This document shows positions 30,128 through 38,930 of a DNA stretch of 64,000 bases, in pieces; position 1 is the first letter of the stretch, and each line of letters starts with the position of its first letter. The position numbers and the translations under genes were made by a program. The notes beneath the pieces were generated by a model that saw only the letters and a program-made list of their open reading frames with translations, was not told the DNA's origin and did no database searches. Source of the DNA: an uncultured Bdellovibrionales bacterium (GTDB lineage Bacteria; Patescibacteriota; Minisyncoccia; Moranbacterales; UBA1568); contig CAZCNN010000001.1 in assembly GCA_964500505.1 (NCBI GenBank), positions 66,621 through 130,620 on the forward strand, in the 5' to 3' direction.

Positions 30128-31381
30128 ATGCCCAAGAGAAATACTTTCATTCAATCATTTTTTCTCGTCGCGCTTCTCTCTGGAGGCCTGGTTTCTACTT
30201 TTTTGGTTCGAGCGAGTGATAGTGTGACGACGCTCTCTGATGCTCAGCAAAAGGCACTAGAGGACAAGGAGGACGAGCTCGAGGAAATTGACGCCAAGAT
30301 CAAGGCATATAAACAAATCATTGATCTCAAGCAACGCCAGGGGGCTACACTCGCCGAACAAATCGAGGGGCTCCAGGCTCAGGTAGACAAGCTTGAACTC
30401 GAGATCAAAACAGCCACCAAACAAATCAATGAGCTGGAGGGACAGATTCGGGATTTGTCGCTCCGCGTCGCTGAGAAAAGTATTCTAATCGACCGTCAAA
30501 AGCGCATCCTCTCCGAGCTCATGCGCGTCTACTATAGCGAGTACTCGGGCGACAGTCAGCCGGTATTTTTGGCTTCGGCTGAGAGTCTCTTGTATTTCAA
30601 GAGCGAGGGCTGGACCGCAAGTATCAGCGACCGAGTGAGCGAGCTCCTGGATTCTGTCAAAACTCTCCGTGATAGCCTCACCAAAGAGCAGCAAGAAGTG
30701 AGTGAGAAAAAGGCAGAGGTAGATGCCCTCTACAAGGATCTTGCCGGTCGCAATGCCAATCTCGAGGCCACCAAAAAAAGTAAAGCAGCGCTCCTCGCCA
30801 AGACCCAAGCAGAAGAAACCAAGTATGATGGCCTCGTCGATGACCTCCAGAAACAGCGCGATGATATCGAGAATGAAATCAATGATTTGGAATCCGGGCT
30901 TTCGACGGATGGACTGCCGAGCTCATCGAAGAGTCTACTCGCGTATCCGGTGAAGAGTGTCAAGATAACCCAAGGGTACGGCAAGACGAGTTTTTCCAAG
31001 AAAGCCTACGCTTCGGGTAAACACAACGGTGTGGACTTTGGCGGTGCTTACGGCACAACAATATATGCTGCAGCCGATGGTAAGGTGGTCGGTATCGGAA
31101 ATCTCGGTAAATACGCCTACGGTCGTTGGATTGCTATCGACCACGACAACGGTATGATTACCCTCTATGGTCATTTGAGCTCTCAGAATGTCAGTAAAGG
31201 GGAAAAGGTCACGAAAGGGGAGTCAATTGGCAAGATGGGAAGTACCGGCTACTCCACTGGCAATCACCTCCATTTCACCGTTTTCTCAGAGAAATCCTAT
31301 GATGTCGTACCATCGAAGACCGTTAAGGGCCTCAATATCCCGATTGGTGCCACCGTCAATCCAATGAACTATCTTCCTTAG
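30128..31381 (+). CDS. Secreted coiled-coil M23 peptidoglycan endopeptidase (EnvC/CwlO-like)
   Basis: Signal peptide, long coiled coil, 'HNGVD', 'LYGHL', 'GYSTGNHLHF'. Confidence 0.9.
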   Translation: MPKRNTFIQSFFLVALLSGGLVSTFLVRASDSVTTLSDAQQKALEDKEDELEEIDAKIKAYKQIIDLKQRQGATLAEQIEGLQAQVDKLELEIKTATKQINELEGQIRDLSLRVAEKSILIDRQKRILSELMRVYYSEYSGDSQPVFLASAESLLYFKSEGWTASISDRVSELLDSVKTLRDSLTKEQQEVSEKKAEVDALYKDLAGRNANLEATKKSKAALLAKTQAEETKYDGLVDDLQKQRDDIENEINDLESGLSTDGLPSSSKSLLAYPVKSVKITQGYGKTSFSKKAYASGKHNGVDFGGAYGTTIYAAADGKVVGIGNLGKYAYGRWIAIDHDNGMITLYGHLSSQNVSKGEKVTKGESIGKMGSTGYSTGNHLHFTVFSEKSYDVVPSKTVKGLNIPIGATVNPMNYLP

Positions 31382-31407
31382 CTGGTAAGGGATTCTTATA
31401 CCGTTCT

Positions 31408-32169
31408 ATGCTGAAATTTCCACGTCCTCACCGTGTCCGTTTTGCGCGAGATATCGTTGCCGAGGTCCTCTTCCCAGAGCGTCAGACTGGCAAAGTTGCT
31501 ATCCTCGCTATCGGTGCTCCATCGGGATCTTCCAAGAAAGAGAGGATTGAGTTTTTGGCATCTCGAGGCTATGTGGTTGTCTACCCACGTTATCGGGGGA
31601 CTTGGGAGAGCGATGGTTGGTTTCTCGAACATTCACCAGCTGACGATATTCGAGATATTATCGTCGAATTAGAAAACAAAAAATCTGTTACCAGTGTCAT
31701 GACTGGCGAAGTATTTCCGATTAGGGTTTCGGCGGTACATCTTTTTGGGGGCTCGTTTGGTGGTCCAGCCGTACTTCTGAATACCGATTTGCCGATTGTC
31801 AAAAAAGTGATTGCTCATTCCCCTGTCATTGATCGGAGTGTAGAAGGGGAGGACGAACCATTTGATGAGTTTGTACGGTATTCGTGCCAGGGCTTTGGTG
31901 GAGCGTATCGAACCAAGACACCATTAGACTGGCAGAAACTGACCAAGACTGATTTCTATAATCCTGTGGCCCACGTCGAAAAGATCGATGGCAGAAAAGT
32001 GTTCATTCTTCATGCCAAAGATGATACCAATGTACCAGTCGATCCTGTTGTACCATTCGCGAAAAAAATCGGAGCTACGTACTACCTCAAGCCTCATGGT
32101 GGTCACAGCATCAAGTTCGAACATCGGTTTCTGTGGAAGAAAGTTGAGGCCTTTCTCAAGAAACGCTAG
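31408..32169 (+). CDS. Alpha/beta hydrolase (S9-like)
   Basis: 'PRYRGTWESDG', 'GGSFGG', 'LHAKDD', 'GGH'. Confidence 0.85.
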   Translation: MLKFPRPHRVRFARDIVAEVLFPERQTGKVAILAIGAPSGSSKKERIEFLASRGYVVVYPRYRGTWESDGWFLEHSPADDIRDIIVELENKKSVTSVMTGEVFPIRVSAVHLFGGSFGGPAVLLNTDLPIVKKVIAHSPVIDRSVEGEDEPFDEFVRYSCQGFGGAYRTKTPLDWQKLTKTDFYNPVAHVEKIDGRKVFILHAKDDTNVPVDPVVPFAKKIGATYYLKPHGGHSIKFEHRFLWKKVEAFLKKR

Positions 32170-32472
32170 CTACAAAAATTTGACGTGAGACTCCCCTGGC
32201 GATTTTTTTAAAAGAGGGGAGTGTTTTTTTTGAAATATGAAGTATGACATATGAAGCATGAGTCTGAATTCATGGTCAGAAAAATTCATACTTCATAACT
32301 CATATCCCAGTATTCATACCGTTCTAGGGTGATATAGATGTACACCTCTGTAGATTCAAATGCCTCACAATCGATTATACGCATTCGTTTATTCATAAAA
32401 ATGAAAAGCGTGAGTGGAGTACGATGATTGCACGCGGTCCCAGATTATACCTCTCCGGCCTTTCCATACGTA

Positions 32473-32500
32473 ATGTCCTATAAGTTACATTGCGGGACGT
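32473..32500. other. Probable dif (Xer recombination) site
   Basis: ATGTCCTATAA-GTTACA-TTGCGGGACGT, an 11-6-11 imperfect palindrome in a 400-bp gap between convergent genes; GGGNAGGG motifs converge on it. Confidence 0.65.
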
Positions 32501-32567
32501 TATGAAAATATCAAGAAAACTCACCCTTCAAGGAAAATGACTCGCATGGAACGCAATTCGATAACGA

Positions 32568-33206
32568 TTACTCAGTATTTTTAACAGGGTTTTGGTAGGA
32601 TGGGATCAAGATTATGATCTCAACAAATTGTTCAACGGTAATAAGTTTTATATTTGTCGGAATGTTCTTTGCCTTCCTTTGGTTAAAAAGCGCAACGTCC
32701 CCTGCTGTAAGATTTTTAGAAGTTAAAACGAGATAGAATAATTCTCTAATATGCGAGTACTTCTTGAGTTTTATATAAACGTTTGTGTCAAGGTTATGGT
32801 AGGTCTCGGTTGAGAATACATCTACTGCGAAATTCTTCACTGGATTAAATACATAGAAATCTGCTCTTAGTTTTCTGTATTTATCAATTGGCTTTTCTAA
32901 ATGAACAAATGGCTCATGGAACCTTTCAAAAAGAATATCTCTCAACGCGTCTTCACTCACCTTTGAGCGCTTATTTGAGGCTATACCGATTTCAGATCGA
33001 TACTTTCCTTTTGAAAAGTCAGTTTCGCTGTAACCAAGAAGTTTTCGCAATTCGGGCAATCCACCAAATAATCGATTCAACTGTCGTGATGAGGGAAGAT
33101 CGGGGCAAATATCAATTTCTGGTCCAGTGGGTAATCTTCCATTTTCAACTTCAAATTTTTTGAACCCAGCCTGCACTTTTTCTAAAGTCCATTTTCTTTT
33201 TGGCAT
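32568..33206 (-). CDS. AT-rich protein: homing-endonuclease-associated repeat plus PD-(D/E)xK-like nuclease domain
   Basis: 'GRLPT..EID..LPSSRQLNRLFGG', 'RADFYV..FAVDV'; low GC. Confidence 0.7.
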   Translation of the reverse strand: MPKRKWTLEKVQAGFKKFEVENGRLPTGPEIDICPDLPSSRQLNRLFGGLPELRKLLGYSETDFSKGKYRSEIGIASNKRSKVSEDALRDILFERFHEPFVHLEKPIDKYRKLRADFYVFNPVKNFAVDVFSTETYHNLDTNVYIKLKKYSHIRELFYLVLTSKNLTAGDVALFNQRKAKNIPTNIKLITVEQFVEIIILIPSYQNPVKNTE

Positions 33207-33313
33207 ATTAATAAGTTTACTACTATTACAGTATAACATACATTTCAAATAAGCACGAGTTTCCCCAATTGAAAAAGCTCCGTACTCACGGAGCTTGACG
33301 TGCATTTGATTCT

Positions 33314-33430
33314 TTAGCGGAAGGTGCGAAGGATCAAGAGGACAAGGATGACGACTACGGCGAGGCCGACACAACCACAGCCACGGCGGCGACGCATACC
33401 ACCGAACCTGTTACCAAATCCGACAAACAT
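33314..33430 (-). CDS. 38-aa small membrane peptide (MFVGFGNRFGGMRRRRGCGCVGLAVVVILVLLILRTFR), not in the ORF track
   Basis: Basic patch plus TM, host-like GTC/CTC codons, hairpin AAGCTCCGTgagtACGGAGCTTTTT downstream. Confidence 0.6.
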   Translation of the reverse strand: MFVGFGNRFGGMRRRRGCGCVGLAVVVILVLLILRTFR

Positions 33431-33539
33431 AATAGCGAGATTAGCGAATTACAAGCTCCTCTAGCATAGCACACATTGGAGTAGTTTTTGGTAAGAAAAA
33501 ACCGGTCGGCACGCGATGCGTACCTTCCGGTGGCCGGTT

Positions 33540-34451
33540 CTACTCAATAGCGTCAAGGTTGATATCGAGCGCTGTGTGGAGCACCGACTTGGTCGAGATG
33601 CAGACGGTATTGCCGCCTTTCCTTTTGGCGCGGTACATGGCCTCATCGGCTAGGCTCATCAGCCTGCTCAGAGTCACTGCGATATCGGACTCCGGCTCAA
33701 TGCTGCCATCCATGATGCCGATGGAAGCCGTTACCTGTGGCTTGCCTTCGATGAGTTGGAAGCGCCCATCCTGAGACATCTGCATGAGGAGCCGCTGTGC
33801 GCGTTCGCTGGCAAATGATGCATTCGCATTGAACACCGCTAGCACGAATTCATCTCCACCTCGTCGACCAATGAGGTCCGTTCCCCGAGGGAAGCACTCG
33901 CGAACGAGTTGGGCAAAGGCACGCAGCACGCGATCGCCACCGTCGTGTCCCTCGCTATCGTTGTAGATCTTGAAACCATCAAGGTCCACGTAGAGGACTG
34001 AGACATCCGCAGTCGACTGAGGGTATGACGCTCGGAGCTGGTTCTGTGCCTCGACGAGAAAGAACTCCTCGAATCCAGAACGACTCAGAAGACCCGTCAA
34101 CGGGTCCCTCGTTGAGCGTTCTTCTGCCAGCTGCAAGGCCTCCGCAAGAGACGCTACCTGAGGCCGGAGACGCTTGATTTCCTGCTGTGCCTGATCGAGC
34201 TCGCTGATCAGTCCTTCGAAGGTGTGTGTGCCAGTCTCCGTGGCCGCAGCCTCGTTGTGCCTCATGGCTTCAATGCCCGCAAGGAGCGCCTTATTCGCTT
34301 CCTCTAGCTTGCTGAGCTTATCTTCCAGAGCTTTCTCCGTCATCGCGTGTCGCTCCTCCGCTCTTGTGGCAGCGACACGGGCAATCCAGAGGATGACGGT
34401 CAGAATCAGGACAAGGACGCCGAGAAGCATGCTGACGACAAAGTAATTCAT
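33540..34451 (-). CDS. Diguanylate cyclase: TM, coiled coil, GGDEF
   Basis: 'RDPLTGLLSR', 'DLDGFKIYNDSEGHDGGD', RGTD I-site, 'GGDEF', 'ADEAMYRAK'; TTGACA-N17-CAGAAT promoter at 34539-34511. Confidence 0.95.
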   Translation of the reverse strand: MNYFVVSMLLGVLVLILTVILWIARVAATRAEERHAMTEKALEDKLSKLEEANKALLAGIEAMRHNEAAATETGTHTFEGLISELDQAQQEIKRLRPQVASLAEALQLAEERSTRDPLTGLLSRSGFEEFFLVEAQNQLRASYPQSTADVSVLYVDLDGFKIYNDSEGHDGGDRVLRAFAQLVRECFPRGTDLIGRRGGDEFVLAVFNANASFASERAQRLLMQMSQDGRFQLIEGKPQVTASIGIMDGSIEPESDIAVTLSRLMSLADEAMYRAKRKGGNTVCISTKSVLHTALDINLDAIE

Positions 34452-34625
34452 GGATGGTCCCCTTTTTGGGCGTTGGGTTGGTGGGTTGGGTTGGAAAAGG
34501 ACAACGTTTTATTCTGGCATGGAATTGATGCTTTGTCAAGGTTACGCGACCAGAATTTCTTGATAAGATAAAGGTAGTTTTTGCCTCATGATTCCTGCTT
34601 CATACTTCATAATTCCTCTTCAAAT

Positions 34626-35783
34626 ATGCGTATCTCCTATTCGAGTGTCGGCACGTACCAAACCTGTCCACTCAAGTACAAGTATCAGCACGTCGACCGA
34701 ATCCCAGAGCCCAAGAGCAAGGAGGCCGTTTTTGGGACACTCGTTCATGCGGTCATGAAGTACGTTCACACCCCTGCCCTACTCGCACCCACAGTCGAGC
34801 AAGCCCTCGACTACTTCGCCAAGGGTTGGAACAGCGAAGTCTACGAGGACGAGCTCGAGGAGCGAGCGGCATTCTCACAGGGTGTCACTATCATCCAGGA
34901 CTATCTCTCGCGCAACAAACCGAGTGACTACACGATTGTTGACCTCGAAAGTCGGTTCGCTATTGAAATTGGTGATGAAGTCTCGGGCAAGCATATCGTC
35001 TCGGGAATCATCGACCGGATCGACCGGACCAAGGATGGTTATGAAATCATCGATTACAAAACGACACGCAAGATGCCGAGTCAGGACAAAGTCGACAATG
35101 ACCTCCAGCTTTCTATCTACCTCAAGGCCTTTCTCGCTCGCTATCCCAAAGAAGTAGCCAATCTCGATAAAATAACCGTCAGTCTCTACTATTTGAAGCA
35201 CGGCGTCAAGCTCTCAAGTACTCGAACTCGAGAACAGCTCGACCGCGTGGATGAGACGTTCCTCAGCGTGATCAAGTCGATCGAAGAGGCCAAATTTGAA
35301 CCCATTCTCTCGCCTCTCTGTGACTGGTGTGGGTATCAGAAAATTTGTCCTTTGTGGAAGCACAAGTTCGCTGAGACACGCCGAGTCGAGACTGAGGATG
35401 TGAAACAGGCCATCGCAGAATACCTCGATCTCAAGGGAAAGCTCTCAGAAGAAAAACTCCGTCTCGGTAAACTCCAGACTCTGATCCTCGACTATATGGA
35501 GCAAGAAGGAGTCGATCGCGTCTTTGACGAACAGGGCATCATCGGCAAGTCAATGCGCAAGACCTACAAGTACGATGCCGAGAAGCTCCGTGCCGTCTTC
35601 GAACCACTCGACAAGTGGGAATCAGTACTCAAAGTTGATAGTATCGCCCTTCGCACCATCCTCGCTACCCTCCCCTCCTCGACCCAAGATGAGGTCGAAA
35701 AGGCCAAGGTGCTCGATAAAGAAAGTACCAGTTTGACGGTCAAGAAAAACAAAATAGAGGTCGATGACGAGCTCAGCCTCTAG
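34626..35783 (+). CDS. PD-(D/E)xK nuclease, RecB/AddB/Cas4-like
   Basis: 'ISYSS..YQTCP', 'GIIDRID..IIDYKT', 'QLSIY', 'CDWC..ICP'. Confidence 0.88.
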   Translation: MRISYSSVGTYQTCPLKYKYQHVDRIPEPKSKEAVFGTLVHAVMKYVHTPALLAPTVEQALDYFAKGWNSEVYEDELEERAAFSQGVTIIQDYLSRNKPSDYTIVDLESRFAIEIGDEVSGKHIVSGIIDRIDRTKDGYEIIDYKTTRKMPSQDKVDNDLQLSIYLKAFLARYPKEVANLDKITVSLYYLKHGVKLSSTRTREQLDRVDETFLSVIKSIEEAKFEPILSPLCDWCGYQKICPLWKHKFAETRRVETEDVKQAIAEYLDLKGKLSEEKLRLGKLQTLILDYMEQEGVDRVFDEQGIIGKSMRKTYKYDAEKLRAVFEPLDKWESVLKVDSIALRTILATLPSSTQDEVEKAKVLDKESTSLTVKKNKIEVDDELSL

Positions 35784-35800
35784 CTTCTTTCGTTTCAATA

Positions 35801-36232
35801 TTATTCACCGGATTCGAGTGTACTCCCATCGTCCGGACAAGGGGCAAATTGGCACTCAGGGCCGACTTTGCCGACGAAACTGCCATCAGGGCAGGTTTTG
35901 ACTTCTTGGGTGCAAACAAACGATTCTTTGCCCTTGGTTTTGGTGGTGGGAGACGGGACTTCGAGCGGTGCATCGATGATACCCCGACGGTTGGGCAACC
36001 CCTGAGGACACGGAGCAAACTGACAGTACGGACCACTGCGACCGACGGCACTCCCGTCTGGACACATCATAGCTTCCTCTGTGCAAGCAATACCGAGATC
36101 GTTCCCCTGACGAGTGAAGTCTACATACGACAAAACGAAAGCCCCCAGGAGAAAAACAAAGAGTATCAAGATCGAGAACAACATCGTGTCGGGATGGAGC
36201 GTGTGATGCCACTTGGTGTGTTTGTGTTTCAT
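35801..36232 (-). CDS. Membrane-anchored protein with two Cys-rich CTxE..CPDGS..GPxCQFAPCP repeats
   Basis: TM plus two repeats; TATACT 6 nt upstream of ATG. Confidence 0.8.
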   Translation of the reverse strand: MKHKHTKWHHTLHPDTMLFSILILFVFLLGAFVLSYVDFTRQGNDLGIACTEEAMMCPDGSAVGRSGPYCQFAPCPQGLPNRRGIIDAPLEVPSPTTKTKGKESFVCTQEVKTCPDGSFVGKVGPECQFAPCPDDGSTLESGE

Positions 36233-36317
36233 GACTGTAGTATATATCGGAGTGAAGTGCGTGTAAATAAAAAAGAGGCGCCCGTCGATGCGGTGCGCCT
36301 GTGGTTGTGTGCGGCGC

Positions 36318-36788
36318 TTAGGCCGGCACGGCGTCGTTGAGCGAGTGGAGCTCGCCGACGGGCTTGCGACGGAGGGCAACGCAATGTGCCACCAGTCGGT
36401 CCAGTGCCTCGGTGTCGCCGGCGGCTTCCATAGCTCGCCTGAGCACATCAGGCACGCACTCCGGGTCCCGGAGGACTGACTGCAACCAGGTAGTGACGTC
36501 GACCTCAGGGATTACGCTCCGGTCTGCTTCCTCGAGAACGATTTCGAGGTAAGCATTGAGGCCCGTACTCGAGCCGGCCCATACGAGACAGTTGTTCGGA
36601 TCCATGCGACCGCAAACGGCACGACCGAGAGTGAGCAGCCCCTCCTGAGCCTTTGGCGCCAGTGGCGCACCAGGCTCTGATAGACGCACATCGCTCCACG
36701 GCACCAGCACCATCTCCGAGCAGTGCTTCTGACTGCCGGGCGGGCAGTCACCGCACGGACCAGTGCATGCAATACGAAAGACTTTCAT
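36318..36788 (-). CDS. 156-aa Cys-rich orphan protein
   Basis: TATAAT, TAGGAG SD before ATG 36788, downstream hairpin plus T-tract. Confidence 0.7.
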   Translation of the reverse strand: MKVFRIACTGPCGDCPPGSQKHCSEMVLVPWSDVRLSEPGAPLAPKAQEGLLTLGRAVCGRMDPNNCLVWAGSSTGLNAYLEIVLEEADRSVIPEVDVTTWLQSVLRDPECVPDVLRRAMEAAGDTEALDRLVAHCVALRRKPVGELHSLNDAVPA

Positions 36789-36926
36789 GGTTTCTCCTAG
36801 AAGGGAGGGTGGGAATATTGCGCCCCCATTATACCTCCAATTCGCCATTTGGCAGGGTCAACAAAAAAGCCCCTCTGAGGGATTTTGGTTATATGTTGTG
36901 AACATCGGACAATGATGGAGATTATT

Positions 36927-37553
36927 CTACTCAAAAATCAAAGCATCGCCATCTTTTAGAGTTTTATAAGGAATCTTGTTTTCAATGCAATACTGTACTT
37001 CTTTGCTAATGTCAGCTGATTCAGGATGGTCAGAATCAAAGTGTGGTAAGAATGCGTAATCAATCATACCGAGCCCCTCCCAAATCGTTTCTTTTTGACC
37101 AGAATACGGAAGATCTGTTGGATCATCAACGATAGCATATCCCCTCAAAGATGGAGAGAGCACACATCCCGCGGCGCTATAGCCAGCGTAAACAAAATCT
37201 TTTTGAGTTTTATTATACTCTCGCAATATAGTATCGAGCCCACTAAGTCTCATCGCTTGGCGGAGTATAAAAGTATTTCCCCCGCTTATAAAGATTCCTC
37301 CTAAGCTCTGCAGTTTTTCTTTGAGTCTATCTTCTTTATCGAAGAAATTTTTCAAATCAAGGACCTCTGCTTGAAGTCCAACATCAGCCAGACTCTGCAT
37401 ATCACTTGCTACATGCATTTCGCGTCTTTTCGGATCAGCTCCGGTAAAGTCCAAGGCATTCGGTATATATCCTACACTTTTATTTTCTGAAAACAATGCT
37501 AAAAGCGATTCTGGATGATTACCAATTTTATATGATGACAGATAGAATATCAT
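36927..37553 (-). CDS. Peptidase E (S51)-like class I glutamine amidotransferase fold, AT-rich
   Basis: 'YIPNA', 'ISGGNTF', 'YAGYSAAG', 'LPHF'. Confidence 0.85.
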   Translation of the reverse strand: MIFYLSSYKIGNHPESLLALFSENKSVGYIPNALDFTGADPKRREMHVASDMQSLADVGLQAEVLDLKNFFDKEDRLKEKLQSLGGIFISGGNTFILRQAMRLSGLDTILREYNKTQKDFVYAGYSAAGCVLSPSLRGYAIVDDPTDLPYSGQKETIWEGLGMIDYAFLPHFDSDHPESADISKEVQYCIENKIPYKTLKDGDALIFE

Positions 37554-37560
37554 ATGTTGT

Positions 37561-37707
37561 GCTGGGGAGGAAGGGAAATCGAACTGCTCTCCGCTGGCTG
37601 GCGGATGCGCTCTATAGGGCTTCCGCCCTCTAGTCCGGCAGGCCGGTCACCTCGTACTGGGAACTCCCGTTCCCCGACCCCCTCCCGTTCGATCCCTTTA
37701 CCTCTTC
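37561..37707 (-). repeat. tRNA-Gln 3'-end-derived foldback element
   Basis: Direct copy of the tRNA 3' end at 37561-37584 and an imperfect inverted copy at 37687-37707. Confidence 0.75.
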
Positions 37708-37758
37708 AAGATAAAAGAAAATCACCATACCCACAAGGGGCATGATGATTTTTCTTAG

Positions 37759-37830
37759 CTGGGGAGGAAGGGATCGAACCTTCGCATGGTGGGACCAGAA
37801 CCCACTGCCTTACCGCTTGGCTACTCCCCA
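37759..37830 (-). tRNA. tRNA-Gln(CTG), CCA not encoded
   Basis: TGGGGAG/CTCCCCA acceptor, GTGGG-TTCTGGT-CCCAC anticodon arm, GTTCGAT T-loop. Confidence 0.95.
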
Positions 37831-37982
37831 AAGTATTAGAGAACAATCAACAAATATCAGTCAACAAAAAACACCACTTTTAAGTGTTTTCATATACTAG
37901 CCGAAATGCCATTTTTTTTCAACCCCCGCTTTTAAAGCAAGATATTTCTTTGCTGTTTGATAACTGCTGACGGTCCTCTGCC

Positions 37983-38897
37983 TTATACCTTGAGGTAACG
38001 GCGGATGGCGATGCTACTCGAGAGGACGCCTAAGGCGATACCGAGGAGGAGGATGCCGCCAAAGACTGGAAGAAAGAAACTGATATAGAGCCCCATGAAA
38101 TTCCCCTGTGGGATAGCCCCCTCGGTGAGGGGCGAGATGAAATAGGCGGCCCCAAAGAGAGCGACGGCAGTAGCGAGAGCAGCCGCGATGCCGTAGAACA
38201 CTCCTTCGAAGACAAAGGGCATCCGGACATAGATGTTCGACGCACCGACCAAGCGCATGATTTCAAACTCCTGGCGGTGTGAGTAGATAGTGATCCGGAT
38301 CGTATTGAAGGTGATAAGGACCGCGATAAAGATAAAAGCAGCACCGAGGCCCAAACCAATCTTCTGGGTAGTCTGGTTGATGCGCTCAAGATTGGCAAAA
38401 ATCTTTTTGTTCTTGTCGTAGTTGATGCGACTGATATCACTCTGAAAGGTCGAACGCTCCAGCTGATTGACGATGACCTCGTAGTACTCTGGGGCCACGG
38501 CCTTGATGACGAGGGACGCCAGGAGCGGATTCTCCCCTATTTCTTCGATAGCCTGGGTGACCGCCGCGTTATTCTTGTTTTCAGCGAGGAACGTCTCAAG
38601 CGCTGCGTCACGAGAAACATATTCGACTGAAGAGATTTCCTTTTTGTATTTGGAGAGCTCGTCACGGATCTCAAGCATGCGGTATTCTGGGACGTCAGGG
38701 TTGAATGAGACGTTGATGCTCACTTTGTCGCGCATGTTCTGGAGCATGTAGTGAGTGGTCAGTCCGAGGAGCGACGAGATGCCCACGATAAAGAGTGAGA
38801 GCGTCAAGATACTGACCGTGGCAAATGACAACCAACCGTTGCGACGGAAGTTTTGCCACCCTTCACGAAATGTTCGCCACAGTTTGAGAGTCTTCAT
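37983..38897 (-). CDS. ftsX: Cell division permease FtsX
   Basis: 'NFRRNGWLS', 'NPL', 'FNTIRITI..EFEIMRLVGAS..RMPFVFEG'. Confidence 0.95.
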   Translation of the reverse strand: MKTLKLWRTFREGWQNFRRNGWLSFATVSILTLSLFIVGISSLLGLTTHYMLQNMRDKVSINVSFNPDVPEYRMLEIRDELSKYKKEISSVEYVSRDAALETFLAENKNNAAVTQAIEEIGENPLLASLVIKAVAPEYYEVIVNQLERSTFQSDISRINYDKNKKIFANLERINQTTQKIGLGLGAAFIFIAVLITFNTIRITIYSHRQEFEIMRLVGASNIYVRMPFVFEGVFYGIAAALATAVALFGAAYFISPLTEGAIPQGNFMGLYISFFLPVFGGILLLGIALGVLSSSIAIRRYLKV

Positions 38898-38930
38898 ACC
38901 AAAAGAGAACCGCTTATCACTTATGTTTGT

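Noticed and set aside
34626-35783. CRISPR-Cas locus suggested by the Cas4-like nuclease
   Set aside because: No repeat-spacer array and no other cas genes seen in the window.
35801-36232. CPDGS Cys repeats as a novelty
   Set aside because: A commonly seen repeat in CPR surface proteins; recorded as a feature only.
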